Source of the DNA: Desulfomonilia bacterium
GTDB taxonomy: Bacteria; Desulfobacterota; Desulfomonilia; UBA1062
Assembly: GCA_963664325.2 (NCBI GenBank)
Contig: CAXXDQ010000003.1
Location: 896,001-960,000, forward strand
Length of the DNA: 64,000 nt
Direction of reading: 5' to 3'
Positions 1-10,291 of the stretch are shown here, in pieces. The notes under the pieces were generated by a model, which saw only the letters and a list, made by a program, of their open reading frames with translations, made no database searches and was not told the origin of the DNA. Each line of letters opens with the position of its first letter. Position 1 is the stretch's first letter. A program made the translations under genes and the position numbers.

Positions 1-515
1 TCATGGAAGTTGTTGTTGAAGGGCTCAGGGGACTTCTGCTCGACAACATGGGTGAACATGGAATGAGGTTCTTCCCGCTTATTGCAACAATTGCAGTTTT
101 TATTTTCACCGCGAACATGGCGGGTATCATCCCGGGGTTCTTCTCTCCGACAGCTAACATGAACACAAACGCTGCAATGGCCCTAGTTGTATTCTTGCTT
201 ACACATGTAGTCGGAATAAGAATACATGGTTTTAAATATTTAAAACAATTCATGGGACCGGTCTGGTGGATGGCGCCTATTATGGTACCCATCGAGCTTA
301 TCGGACATCTGGCGCGTCCCTTGTCCCTTACGATGCGTCTCTTCGGTAATATTGCGGGCGAAGACCTTGTCCTCGGCGTTCTCCTTTTACTTGTGCCGTA
401 TGTAGTTCCGCTGCCATTCCTTGCGCTCATGATATTTACATCCGTACTCCAGTCATTCGTCTTCTCTCTCCTTGCAATGATGTACATAAGCGGGGCGATG
501 GAGGAAGCGCATTAA
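1..515 (+). CDS. atpB: F0F1 ATP synthase subunit a (5'-truncated by window edge)
   Basis: [18 protein letters not shown] with the essential Arg, LQSFVFSLL; directly upstream of atpE. Confidence 0.96.
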   Translation, partial: MEVVVEGLRGLLLDNMGEHGMRFFPLIATIAVFIFTANMAGIIPGFFSPTANMNTNAAMALVVFLLTHVVGIRIHGFKYLKQFMGPVWWMAPIMVPIELIGHLARPLSLTMRLFGNIAGEDLVLGVLLLLVPYVVPLPFLALMIFTSVLQSFVFSLLAMMYISGAMEEAH

Positions 516-560
516 TTTTAAAAATACAATTTTGAAAAATATATCTGGGAGGAAAGGTTT

Positions 561-917
561 ATGAAGAATGTTTTTCGTATTGCAGGGTTGGTTGGATTGT
601 TTGTTATGGCCGGAACATCAGTGCTGATGGCTGCCGGAGGCGCAGCAAGCCCAGAAGCGATCAGCTTTTTAAGCTGGTGTGCAATGGCCGCAGGTATTGG
701 TATAGGAATAGCTGCTGTAGGGACCGGTATCGGCCAGGGTTTTGGCGTACGCGGGGCATGCGAAGGCATTTCCAGGAATCCGGAAGCATCCGGCAAAATC
801 ATCACGGCACTTATCCTTGGTCTGGCCATGATGGAATCCCTGGCTATTTATGCCCTTGTTGTCGAGCTTATTCTTCTCTATGCAAATCCGTTCATCAAGT
901 ATGTAATTGCTGCCTAG
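561..917 (+). CDS. atpE: F0F1 ATP synthase subunit c with N-terminal extension
   Basis: GxGxG-rich helix, RNPE loop, MESLAIY with the conserved Glu; RBS GGAGG. Confidence 0.96.
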   Translation: MKNVFRIAGLVGLFVMAGTSVLMAAGGAASPEAISFLSWCAMAAGIGIGIAAVGTGIGQGFGVRGACEGISRNPEASGKIITALILGLAMMESLAIYALVVELILLYANPFIKYVIAA

Positions 918-937
918 AAAAAAGATTTAGAAATCAT

Positions 938-976
938 AAGGTGTGCAGTCCCAAGGATTGCATGCCTTTTTATTTT
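938..976 (+). terminator. Intrinsic terminator between convergent atpE and rtcB
   Basis: AAGGTGTGCAGTCC-caa-GGATTGCATGCCTT stem (with GU pairs) followed by a T-rich tract. Confidence 0.75.
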
Positions 977-978
977 AA

Positions 979-2421
979 TCACCCTTTGATTATACCTGTC
1001 GGTTTAAGCCGTGCTATCTTGGTTGCGATACCGGCTCCTGAAATAGTATCCACAACCTTTGATACATCTTTATAGGCCTCGGGCATTTCCTCAACAACGG
1101 TGGCGCGTGATGCTGCCATTATGTGAATTCCCTTTATCCTCAGGTTGTCGATTACGTTTTTCTCTTTTGCCTGCCTTTTGGCTTCACTTCGTGACATGAG
1201 TCTGCCGGCGCCGTGGCATGCGCTGAAGAAAGTGTCTTTAGCTTTTCCTGAACCTACAAGTATATATGATTCCCTTCCCATATCACCGGGAACGAGTACG
1301 GGCTGGCCTGTTCTTATAAACCTTTCAGGGAGTCTTTTATCCCCTGACAGCAAAGCCCTGGTCGCCCCTTTCCTGTGTATGCATACCTCTGTTTCATGTC
1401 CTTCAGACTTTATTTTTTCAATTTTGGCTATGTTATGACAGCAGTCATAAAGCAGATTCATTCCAAGTTTTTCGAAGCTCTTAAAGAATATTTTTTCAAA
1501 ACATTCCCTTATAAGGAAGGTGATAATTTCGCGGTTTGCAAAAGCGAAGTTTGCCGCTGATGCCATTGCTTCAAGATATCTTTTTGCTTCTGAGGAGGCA
1601 AGATATGCACATGCAAGTTGCCTGTCGGGAAGGACTATACCTTCTTTTGCCGCCACAGCTATCATCTGGTGCACGTAATCATCGCATACCTGATGGCCTA
1701 GGCCCCTTGAGCCTGTATGCACCTGGACAACAACCTGATTTTCAAACAGGCCGAAAGTCCGGGCGATGTCCTTATCAAAGATTTCGTCAACGGTATCGAT
1801 TTCTATGAAATGGTTGCCTGAGCCTAAAGTGCCAAGTTCAGGAAGCCCTCTCTCTATAGCTTTTGTTGATACTGAATCAGGGTTTGCGCCGTCAATGCAG
1901 CCATAGTCTTCATGGCATTCAAGGTCTTCTTCAGGGGCGAACCCCTGCCTTGTAACCCAGGATGCACCCTGAACAAGTATCCGACTGAAATCCGGCTGGC
2001 TTATTTTGAATGATTTGTTTTTTGATCCCACACCTGACGGAACGGTGTTGAACAACGCGGCAATAAGGCGTTCAATAGCTGGTGAAACCTGGTCATATGT
2101 TAGGTTTGTTTTTAAGCAGCGTATCCCGCAGTTGATATCGTACCCTACTCCTCCGGGAGAGACGATCCCGTCTTTCCTGGAAAAGGCAGCTACCCCTCCA
2201 ATAGGAAAACCATATCCCCAGTGGATATCAGGCATTGCCATTGAGGGTCCCACAATTCCCGGAAGGCATGCGACATTTGCCACCTGGTTCAGGGCCTGGT
2301 CATTGAGCAGGTGATTTTCAATGTCGCTGTTCGCATATACTATCCCATGGGTAAGCATCTCTCCCTGCTTTTCAACTCTAAGCCGCCAGGGGTCGATGCG
2401 TGTAATTTTTATTTCTTTCAT
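979..2421 (-). CDS. rtcB: RtcB RNA-splicing ligase (archease-associated type)
   Basis: MPDIHWGYGFPIG, GYDINCG, GTLGSGNHF, HTGSRG, HRKGAT, HGAGR and EEMPEAYKD motifs; start placed at MKEIKI just after the archease stop. Confidence 0.96.
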   Translation of the reverse strand: MKEIKITRIDPWRLRVEKQGEMLTHGIVYANSDIENHLLNDQALNQVANVACLPGIVGPSMAMPDIHWGYGFPIGGVAAFSRKDGIVSPGGVGYDINCGIRCLKTNLTYDQVSPAIERLIAALFNTVPSGVGSKNKSFKISQPDFSRILVQGASWVTRQGFAPEEDLECHEDYGCIDGANPDSVSTKAIERGLPELGTLGSGNHFIEIDTVDEIFDKDIARTFGLFENQVVVQVHTGSRGLGHQVCDDYVHQMIAVAAKEGIVLPDRQLACAYLASSEAKRYLEAMASAANFAFANREIITFLIRECFEKIFFKSFEKLGMNLLYDCCHNIAKIEKIKSEGHETEVCIHRKGATRALLSGDKRLPERFIRTGQPVLVPGDMGRESYILVGSGKAKDTFFSACHGAGRLMSRSEAKRQAKEKNVIDNLRIKGIHIMAASRATVVEEMPEAYKDVSKVVDTISGAGIATKIARLKPTGIIKG

Positions 2422-2428
2422 AATGCGA

Positions 2429-2830
2429 TTATACATCAAAGATGATGGTTGTCTCGTATCCATTGTCCAGCTTGGTTATTGCCAGGTCGTGATAAGTGGC
2501 TGCCTTGATGTTTTCTTTGAGAGGCGTGCTGCCGGCCGTCCCCTTTACTGCTGCCCTGATATTGGTTTCATTAAGGCTCGTGATGTCAAGGCCTGACACA
2601 CGGAGGTTTTTTGTCTGAATTTCATAAAGCAGACCGTTTAGAAATACGACAAGCAGGTCTTCGTAATCATAACCGTTAACCTCAATTATGGAGGTATTAT
2701 CTTCAGATGGGGTACCTGCACCTAGCTCCGCTACCAAGGCCTGCGCCGCCTCGAGGAAAAGGTCTTTCATATCTGCACCGGTTATCCTGATGCCGATATC
2801 AGCGGTATGGTCTATCAATGTATAGGGCAT
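2429..2830 (-). CDS. Archease
   Basis: N-terminal DHTAD, IKAATYH, C-terminal FDV; adjacent to rtcB. Confidence 0.93.
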   Translation of the reverse strand: MPYTLIDHTADIGIRITGADMKDLFLEAAQALVAELGAGTPSEDNTSIIEVNGYDYEDLLVVFLNGLLYEIQTKNLRVSGLDITSLNETNIRAAVKGTAGSTPLKENIKAATYHDLAITKLDNGYETTIIFDV

Positions 2831-2862
2831 ACAAGATTAATCGACATTCTTTCTTTTAAGTA

Positions 2863-3444
2863 TTAAAGGCCTTTCAGGATAACCTTCAATTCCTCAAGCG
2901 CTTTCCTTCTGTGGCTGATTTTATTTTTTTCCTCCTGGGAAAGCTCTGCAAACGTCAGCCGGGATTCCGGGTCGAGAAATACGGGGTCATAGCCGAAACC
3001 GCCTGTTCCCACAGGGCAGGCAGTGATAACGCCGGGGCACTCCCCGCCGGCGGTTACAATGTGTCCGTCAGTCAGGGCAAGCGCAAGTACGCAGACGAAT
3101 TTTGCCCTCCTGTCCTTTTTCCCTTCCATAAGCCTCAGCAGCTTCAGGATGTTTTTTTCATCGGTCGCATCAGCACCCGAGAACCGGGCCGAGATTACGC
3201 CGGGCATCCCGCCAAGCGCATCGACACAGAGACCTGAATCGTCTGCCAGGACGTTCATCCCTGAGGCGTTTCTTAATGCCACAGCCTTCTTTATAGCGTT
3301 TTCTTCAAAGGTGTGCCCGTCTTCCAGGACATTTATTATTATTCCAGTTTCGTCAGGGGAAATGATTATCAGGTCTTCATCTTCGAGGATTTCACGAATC
3401 TCTCTCAGCTTGCCTTTGTTCCCGGTTGCCGCAAGTATTTTCAT
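2863..3444 (-). CDS. rdgB: XTP/dITP diphosphatase (Ham1/RdgB)
   Basis: ATGNKGK, ADDSGL, GFGYDP, KNKISHR. Confidence 0.96.
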   Translation of the reverse strand: MKILAATGNKGKLREIREILEDEDLIIISPDETGIIINVLEDGHTFEENAIKKAVALRNASGMNVLADDSGLCVDALGGMPGVISARFSGADATDEKNILKLLRLMEGKKDRRAKFVCVLALALTDGHIVTAGGECPGVITACPVGTGGFGYDPVFLDPESRLTFAELSQEEKNKISHRRKALEELKVILKGL

Positions 3445-3454
3445 TTTATCAGGT

Positions 3455-4228
3455 TCATCCCCTTAATGCGGCGACCTGCTTTTCCATAAGTTCGCGTATG
3501 CCTTTTTCAGCAAGATCGAGCATTTCAAGAAGCTCCTTTCTCGAAAAGGGCTGGCCTTCAGCCGTACCCTGGACTTCTATCAGGCTGCCTTTGCCGGTCA
3601 TGATTACATTCATATCGACTTCCGCTTTTGAATCCTCGTTATAATTAAGGTCGAGCACAGGCATTTCTTCTACGATTCCGACCGATATTGCTGCCACCTG
3701 GTCAATCATGGGATTGCGGGATATCAGACCCTGTCTGATCATTGCCCTGACTGCGTCATCAAGGGCCACCCATGCGCCGGTGATTGAGGCCGTCCTTGTC
3801 CCGCCGTCCGCCTGCAGGACGTCACAGTCTATCCAGATGGTCTTTTCTCCAAGCAGCCTTGTGTCGATGGCAGCCCTCAAGGCCCTTCCTATAAGCCTCT
3901 GAATTTCATGAGTCCTTCCGCCTACTTTTCCACGTGAGGATTCCCTTGTGCTCCTGGGGTTCGTTGAGGAGGGCAGCATCCCATACTCGGCTGTAACCCA
4001 TCCGGTTCCTGTATTTTTTATATGCGGTGGGACTTTTTCTTCCATATTTGCGGCGCAGATCACCCTGGTATCACCCATTTCTATAAGGCAGGAACCAAGG
4101 GCATGCTTGCTGACTCCTCTGGTAATATTTACTTCCCTTATCTGGTCCGGCTCCCTGCCGTCATATCTTTTTGAGACCTTTGGAGCTGTTACGCCTTTGT
4201 TCTTCAGGATTTCTTCTATGGACGCCAT
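3455..4228 (-). CDS. rph: Ribonuclease PH
   Basis: [43 protein letters not shown]. Confidence 0.97.
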   Translation of the reverse strand: MASIEEILKNKGVTAPKVSKRYDGREPDQIREVNITRGVSKHALGSCLIEMGDTRVICAANMEEKVPPHIKNTGTGWVTAEYGMLPSSTNPRSTRESSRGKVGGRTHEIQRLIGRALRAAIDTRLLGEKTIWIDCDVLQADGGTRTASITGAWVALDDAVRAMIRQGLISRNPMIDQVAAISVGIVEEMPVLDLNYNEDSKAEVDMNVIMTGKGSLIEVQGTAEGQPFSRKELLEMLDLAEKGIRELMEKQVAALRG

Positions 4229-4347
4229 ATGCTACCCCTTTATTTGGTCTTAAGGTCATACTGTAAAGAAGAGTTGCATGTCAACGGCCAGATAGCTGCT
4301 TGACACATATGGGGTGCGCATGTAAACCCTTTATTCTGGAGGTTCGA

Positions 4348-5874
4348 TTGAGATTTTTAAAATATCTTTTATCCTTCATATTTATCCTTGTACTTTCAAC
4401 AATAGCGTTTTCTCCATTTCTTATCTTGAATACCGCCCAGCCGGATGAGGCATGGCTTGTCAATGCTGCAAGGGAAATGAGCCGGAGTTTCAGCATGATA
4501 CCAAGGCTTGACGGCTTTATACTGGGGAATCAGAATCCTCTGGTGATCATGCTCTATTCGCTGACCGGCGGCGATTTGCATGTTTCCAGGCTGGCTACGA
4601 TTTCACTCGGTATCATTATGGGGATTTCCGTCATGATATTTGCCGGAAGCATGCGGGGTTTAAAAGCGGGTCTGATCTCATCGGTATTTACCGTTACAAG
4701 CATAGGTATAATCACTTTATTCGGAAAAACCAACCCATCGGCCTTGCCCGTCCTGATGTGTGCCGTATCTTTCATGATTTTTTCAGCCGTCTATATGAAG
4801 AATCTCAGTAAAGCTATATACATCCCTGCTTATATACTCGCGGTTGTTTCTGTAATAACAGGCGGCCCCGTTTATCTGTTTTTCTTCCTGATGTCAGGGG
4901 TCCTGCTGGTCCTTCTTGACCTTTCGCCCAAAGAGCTTCTGAAGGTAAAACCCGTGGCTGCAGCCTTCCTTCTGGCAGGCGGTTTGACGGCTGTCTATAT
5001 TGTTTTCTGGATAACTGGCGGAAGGGTTTACATGAGGGGCGCAATTTCCCAGGGAAAGGACATGGGGTTTTTTATTTCGCTCTGGCTGGTTTTTAAAAAC
5101 GGCCTTCCCTGGATACCGCTTCTTGTTCCCGCCTGGATATATTCCGCCAGGCCGGCTGAATTCATTAAATGGAGAGAACTTCTGCCGGCAAAGATTGCAT
5201 TTGTCTCATGTCTGGCAATACTCTGGCTTTCGGGCAAATGTCCTGAGAGCTTTTCGGTGCTTGCTGTACCTTTTGCAGCGACAATGATCGCATGCTGGGT
5301 AACAGACGGCAGAAATGCCTTTGAAAAAGCCGGTAAAACCTGGCTTGCCGCTGCCGTTGTCCTTGTGATGTCAGTCTTCCTGATTCCTGTTGTGTATATT
5401 CTCAAATTTCCTTTCAAATCGCTTCACCCAGGCATCCTTGATGCGGTGGTGATTTTATGCCTTATAATCTGCTGTACGGCCGCTTTTGTTGCTGTGCTGA
5501 AAAAAAGGGTCAATGCCGTCGTCATATTCATGGTTCTTGCCGTACTGGGTATGTCATGGCTCAGGCCGTTCTACGAAATGAAGCTGAACGATCCGACAGG
5601 TGTTCTATCTTACTGTTCATATCAGAAACCGCTCGTGGTCTTTGATGATGACCTAGTCATGAGGGGCAGTCTCGCTTTTGCACACCCCGTTGTGGTTGGA
5701 AGATGTTTTGTTCCTGTCGGCGGAGAGGCTTATATAGCTGCGTCAACCGAAAACACCAAAAAACTCATTCAGGATATCAGTAAAAATATGTCAGCGGAAC
5801 TCAGGGCGAGGCAGATACTGGACAGGGATTACCTGCTCATAAGGGTCTGGCCGAAAGGTTTCATTTCGAACTGA
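4348..5874 (+). CDS. ArnT/PMT-like (GT-C) polytopic membrane glycosyltransferase, divergent
   Basis: PDEA-W-AAREM first-loop motif and many TM segments; TTG start after GGAGG. Confidence 0.65.
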   Translation: MRFLKYLLSFIFILVLSTIAFSPFLILNTAQPDEAWLVNAAREMSRSFSMIPRLDGFILGNQNPLVIMLYSLTGGDLHVSRLATISLGIIMGISVMIFAGSMRGLKAGLISSVFTVTSIGIITLFGKTNPSALPVLMCAVSFMIFSAVYMKNLSKAIYIPAYILAVVSVITGGPVYLFFFLMSGVLLVLLDLSPKELLKVKPVAAAFLLAGGLTAVYIVFWITGGRVYMRGAISQGKDMGFFISLWLVFKNGLPWIPLLVPAWIYSARPAEFIKWRELLPAKIAFVSCLAILWLSGKCPESFSVLAVPFAATMIACWVTDGRNAFEKAGKTWLAAAVVLVMSVFLIPVVYILKFPFKSLHPGILDAVVILCLIICCTAAFVAVLKKRVNAVVIFMVLAVLGMSWLRPFYEMKLNDPTGVLSYCSYQKPLVVFDDDLVMRGSLAFAHPVVVGRCFVPVGGEAYIAASTENTKKLIQDISKNMSAELRARQILDRDYLLIRVWPKGFISN

Positions 5875-7732
5875 GCCTGTTCAACCTTGATCTGATTTCA
5901 GCTATAGCCCCGGTATCTTTAAGCATTGTCAAAAGAGAGGTGTACGCATCGGCAGCTATATCTTTTCTGCCCATGCTTGTTGCGGTTTCAGCAATAGGTA
6001 TGAGGAATTCCGGATGCCCGCTGGAATAAGCGTATGCCTTTTCCAGCAATTTATCCGATCTGGCCCTGTTGCCTAGCTTGTATGATGCAAAGGCAAGCCT
6101 GGCAGACACAATCCCGGCATGGGGGGAATTTTCAAGACTGAAACCGGATCTGATAAGGTCAAGGTATATATTGTATGAAGTATTCCAGTCGCCTTTTTGC
6201 CAGAAGCAGTTGGCGAGCCCGATTTTAGCTTTATCCATATCAGGCCTGAGCTTGAGGGCCTCTTCGTAGTTGTGGATCGCGTTGTCGTACTGACCCATAA
6301 GCATCTGCGCAAGCGCCAGGTTGGAGATGGCAAAATAGTCGTAAGGCAGCTCCTTGATTGCGTTGACACAAAGCTGCTGGGCTTCTTTATATCTGCCCTG
6401 TTCGATGTATACTACCGAAAGGTTCACGTTTGCAGAGTTTGAGTTCGGAAATCTGGCAACGGTGTTCTCCCATAGAATCTGCGAATTCCGCCATATAAAG
6501 GTCTGCCTGTAGGTCATCAGGGAGTATGCAAAGACAATCATGCATAACAGGCTGAAGGCGACAAGCGCAGGCAGGTTTGGTGGCAATTTTTTAAGGTTCA
6601 GGCGCTTCTGCCATAATGAGGTAAGGACATATCCCAGGAGTACGCACCAGCTAAGAGAGGACAGGAATGCATACCTGTCGGCAAGGGTCTGTGAAATCGG
6701 GAATATGTGCGATACCGGCAGGACAAAGATATAATGCCATGCCACGAAAATCGGTAGAATATACCTGCGTTTCAGGAGAAAAACGACTGCGGTTGCTATC
6801 AGGGCCAGATTACCTGACATGAACATCCATGCCTGCCAGTCCCTGACTGATGTGTAGAGTTTTATGGGGTAATCGGCGACATAATTGAGGGTAAAGGCAG
6901 AGAGTTTTATATACTCTATAAGAATCTGGGATACCGCCAGGAGGTTTCCCCAGAATGTTCCGCCGTGATATGGTTTTACGCCACCCGCCGAGTACATCAT
7001 TTTTACAAGCCAGAAGGAAAAGGGCAGGACAAACAGGAGTGCGCAGGCGAAGAACAGGGCACGTCTTTTCCAGAATCCCCTTTCAGGGTTGTGCATCTGA
7101 ATGGCAATATCGACCGTGAGCATCGCAGCTGGGATGACAAGAGCCGTGGGTTTGGAAAAGACCGCCAGAACAAGGGCTAATGCACTTGCAATGAAATACC
7201 CCGGATGTCCTGTCCTTGCCCTGACAAACGCCCACATGCTGAGCATGGTGAACAATCCAAGCAGTTGTTCTTTTCTGGCATAGATCCATGCAACAGATTC
7301 GACATGGACCGGGTGCACCGCAAATATCATCGTTGATACGGCAGAAATGATAAAGGCCGTTTCTTCACCCTTTCCCAGGGCTGAAAACAGTTCATACAAA
7401 AACATGAAAACGGCAAGCGTAAGAAAGAAATAAAGCAGTATGCTGTGGATATGAATTGCCAGTACAGGGTTCTTGGGGAGCAGTGTGTGATCGATTACAT
7501 ATGAAAAATCGCGAACCGGCTGCCATGTTCCGCTTCCTGTAAGGGTAAATATCCTGCTGATGTTGTCCATGGTTAAGGAATAATTCTGGGGGTTTTGAAT
7601 CAGGTACGGATCATCCCAGTTTGTGGGCCGGTTAAAAATAATATTGAAATAGAGTCCGTAAACAAGAACGCCAAGCACAGCAATAAAAACAATTCTTTTC
7701 AGCCGTATTTCCATTCCGTTAAGCTTTACCAT
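5861..7732 (-). CDS. TMTC-like GT-C membrane protein with C-terminal TPR repeats
   Basis: NWDD loop, HPVHVESVAWI, ADRY, WRNS--LW, then TPR repeats; start uncertain (7732 or 7714). Confidence 0.8.
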   Translation of the reverse strand: MVKLNGMEIRLKRIVFIAVLGVLVYGLYFNIIFNRPTNWDDPYLIQNPQNYSLTMDNISRIFTLTGSGTWQPVRDFSYVIDHTLLPKNPVLAIHIHSILLYFFLTLAVFMFLYELFSALGKGEETAFIISAVSTMIFAVHPVHVESVAWIYARKEQLLGLFTMLSMWAFVRARTGHPGYFIASALALVLAVFSKPTALVIPAAMLTVDIAIQMHNPERGFWKRRALFFACALLFVLPFSFWLVKMMYSAGGVKPYHGGTFWGNLLAVSQILIEYIKLSAFTLNYVADYPIKLYTSVRDWQAWMFMSGNLALIATAVVFLLKRRYILPIFVAWHYIFVLPVSHIFPISQTLADRYAFLSSLSWCVLLGYVLTSLWQKRLNLKKLPPNLPALVAFSLLCMIVFAYSLMTYRQTFIWRNSQILWENTVARFPNSNSANVNLSVVYIEQGRYKEAQQLCVNAIKELPYDYFAISNLALAQMLMGQYDNAIHNYEEALKLRPDMDKAKIGLANCFWQKGDWNTSYNIYLDLIRSGFSLENSPHAGIVSARLAFASYKLGNRARSDKLLEKAYAYSSGHPEFLIPIAETATSMGRKDIAADAYTSLLTMLKDTGAIAEIRSRLNRLSSK

Positions 7733-7784
7733 GCTGTACAGCCGTCTACAACCCTGATATACTTTGCAGGTATTTGGAGGCGAC

Positions 7785-8945
7785 ATGTTTATATCTGATC
7801 AGATGAAGGGCTATTCGGAAAAATCGTCATGGATAAGAAAGATGTTCGAGGAAGGGGCCGGTCTCAAGAAAGAGTTCGGGGCGGATAATGTTTACGACTT
7901 CAGCCTCGGGAACCCGGATGTACCGCCAAGAGAGGAAGTGCTCGCTTCGATAGAGCGTCTTGTCCGCGAAATGAGCCACGGCTATATGCCCAATGCGGGG
8001 TATCCCCAGGTCAGACAGTGTATCGCTGACTTTGTCAGCCGGGAATATGATGTAAAGATCACGGGTGATGATATCGTGATGACCTGCGGTGCAGGCGGGG
8101 CCATGAACGTTGTTCTTCGGTCCATTCTCAACCCAGGTGATGAGGTGATTGCCCTTGCTCCCTATTTTGTCGAATACGGATTTTATGCCGAAAACTTTGG
8201 CGGAAAGCTTGCTGTAGTAAGATGCGGCGATGACTTTATGCCTGAACCGAGTAATATCAGGAAAGCGATAACAAAGAATACAAAGGCAATAATTGTAAAC
8301 TCTCCGAACAATCCGACCGGAAGGATATACCCGCAAACCGTTTTTGATGATTTGAAAGAACTGCTCGGGGAATATCCGCAGATACTTCTCATATCAGATG
8401 AACCCTACAGGCGCATTGTGTACGACGGCGCCAGGCTGCCGTCGGTGCTGGCAACGGTCCCGAATTCCGTCATAGTAACATCCGCCTCCAAGGACCTCTC
8501 CCTTCCGGGCCAGCGAATAGGCTACATAGCTGTAAATCCGTTGATAAAGGATAAAGAGGAATTAATGAGCACTCTCATAATGGCAAACAGAATACTGGGT
8601 TTTGTAAACGCTCCGGCAATTATGCAAATGGTAATGGCGGAATGCATTGACATGAACATTGACATCGTGAATTACCGGAAGAGAAGGGACCTCATTACCG
8701 GCGTAATGGATGATGCAGGCCTGACCTATGCCAAACCGGAAGGCGCTTTCTATCTGTTTGTAAAGTCACCCGTGGATGATGATGTTGCGTTTTGCAGGGC
8801 GCTTACCGGGGAAAAAATTCTGGCTGTGCCGGGCACTGGCTTCGGCTGGCCGGGATATGTCCGGTTTGCATATTGCACATCTGAAAATGCGATAACAGGA
8901 ATGGCGCCGGGGCTGAAAAGGGTCGTGCAGAAACTGAAGGGCTAG
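7785..8945 (+). CDS. PLP-dependent class I aminotransferase (aspartate aminotransferase-like)
   Basis: SLGNPD, NSPNNPTG, SDEPY, SKDLSLPGQRIGY, GAFY; RBS GGAGG. Confidence 0.92.
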   Translation: MFISDQMKGYSEKSSWIRKMFEEGAGLKKEFGADNVYDFSLGNPDVPPREEVLASIERLVREMSHGYMPNAGYPQVRQCIADFVSREYDVKITGDDIVMTCGAGGAMNVVLRSILNPGDEVIALAPYFVEYGFYAENFGGKLAVVRCGDDFMPEPSNIRKAITKNTKAIIVNSPNNPTGRIYPQTVFDDLKELLGEYPQILLISDEPYRRIVYDGARLPSVLATVPNSVIVTSASKDLSLPGQRIGYIAVNPLIKDKEELMSTLIMANRILGFVNAPAIMQMVMAECIDMNIDIVNYRKRRDLITGVMDDAGLTYAKPEGAFYLFVKSPVDDDVAFCRALTGEKILAVPGTGFGWPGYVRFAYCTSENAITGMAPGLKRVVQKLKG

Positions 8946-9038
8946 ACTGAAAATAGATTTCCGGCCTCATTCCTTTATGGGTATCAGGCTTTGATATTAG
9001 CCTGTTAACAGGGTACGAAGTCTTCCGCAGGATTTTCC

Positions 9039-10289
9039 ATGGATAAGGATGAATTACAAGGCATATCGAATATAAAATTTTTATTGAGGGCCTTCAGACA
9101 CAGGAATTACCGGCTGTTCTTTTCAGGTCAGGGGCTTTCGCTCATAGGCACATGGATGCAGCAGATCGCCATGGGCTGGCTTGTATACCGCATTACGAAC
9201 TCGACCTTTTACCTGGGGCTTATAGGCTTTACGGGCCAGGTGCCTATATTCCTTTTTGCATCGCTGGCAGGGGTATACGCCGACAGGCACAACCGCCGAA
9301 ATATTCTTTTGATAACCCAGGCCGTCTCAATGCTTCAGTCGCTTGCGCTTACTATTCTGACATTCACAGGCATGGTGGGCGTCTGGCATCTTATCGTGCT
9401 GAGCATGGTGCTGGGAATTGCGAATGCCTTCGACATGCCGGCCAGACAGTCTTTCGTCATCGACATTGTCGAGCAGAAGGAAGATCTCGGCAATGCCATT
9501 GCCTTCAACTCATTCATGTTCAACGGTGCCCGCCTGATAGGACCTTCCATTGCAGGGATTGTCATTGCATACGCAGGGGAGGGCATGTGCTTTCTTGTCA
9601 ATACATTAAGCTTTATGACAATAATCTTCGCACTTCTGGCCATGAAACTTCCGCTGAAGGAGAAATCATCTGGAAACAAAAGCATATTGAAGGGGCTTGT
9701 TGAAGGATACAGCTACTCCTTCAGGCATATACCGATCAGGAACATCCTTCTTCACCTCTGCATCATGAGTTTCATCGGCATGCCCGCAACTGTCCTGATG
9801 CCTTATTTCGCACGTGACCAGCTACACGGAGGCCCTGGCACGCTGGGTCTTCTTTCATCCTTTTCAGGGCTCGGCGCGCTGATCGGCGTTTTATACCTTG
9901 CATCAAGGAAGGATACCTTTGGACTGACCAGGCTTATAGCGATAACTTCGGCAGTATTCGGTATAGGCCTTGTTGGGTTTTCCTTTTCATCATTTTATAT
10001 CTTGTCATTGACGCTTGTTTTTTTCATGGGATTCGGAATGATAGTGCAGATGGCCTCCTGCAACACCATCCTTCAGACGGTTGTCAAAGAGGAGATGAGG
10101 GGAAGGGTAATGAGCCTTTATGCAATGGCCATAGCCGGTATGGTCCCTTTCGGGAGCCTTATTGTAGGGATGCTCTCATCAAAGCTCGGTTCGCCGCATA
10201 CAGTCCTTATCTGCGGGCTGTCCTGTATGGCTGCATCGGTCCTGTTTTCAATCAGGTCCGGCAGGTCAGGAAGGGTTCATCAGGGATAG
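9039..10289 (+). CDS. MFS transporter (MFS_3/H+ antiporter-like)
   Basis: 12-TM pattern, GVYADRHNRR motif A, FDMPARQS, RGRVMSLY. Confidence 0.9.
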   Translation: MDKDELQGISNIKFLLRAFRHRNYRLFFSGQGLSLIGTWMQQIAMGWLVYRITNSTFYLGLIGFTGQVPIFLFASLAGVYADRHNRRNILLITQAVSMLQSLALTILTFTGMVGVWHLIVLSMVLGIANAFDMPARQSFVIDIVEQKEDLGNAIAFNSFMFNGARLIGPSIAGIVIAYAGEGMCFLVNTLSFMTIIFALLAMKLPLKEKSSGNKSILKGLVEGYSYSFRHIPIRNILLHLCIMSFIGMPATVLMPYFARDQLHGGPGTLGLLSSFSGLGALIGVLYLASRKDTFGLTRLIAITSAVFGIGLVGFSFSSFYILSLTLVFFMGFGMIVQMASCNTILQTVVKEEMRGRVMSLYAMAIAGMVPFGSLIVGMLSSKLGSPHTVLICGLSCMAASVLFSIRSGRSGRVHQG

Positions 10290-10291
10290 AT

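Noticed and set aside
561-917. Na+-coupled ATP synthase and unusual c-subunit extension
   Set aside because: Has Q/E/S/Y but Leu rather than Thr after ES, so the ion cannot be called; the N-terminal extension and split atp operon are common in deltaproteobacteria
2830-2863. tRNA gene often found after rph-rdgB
   Set aside because: The gap is only 32 nt and no cloverleaf is visible
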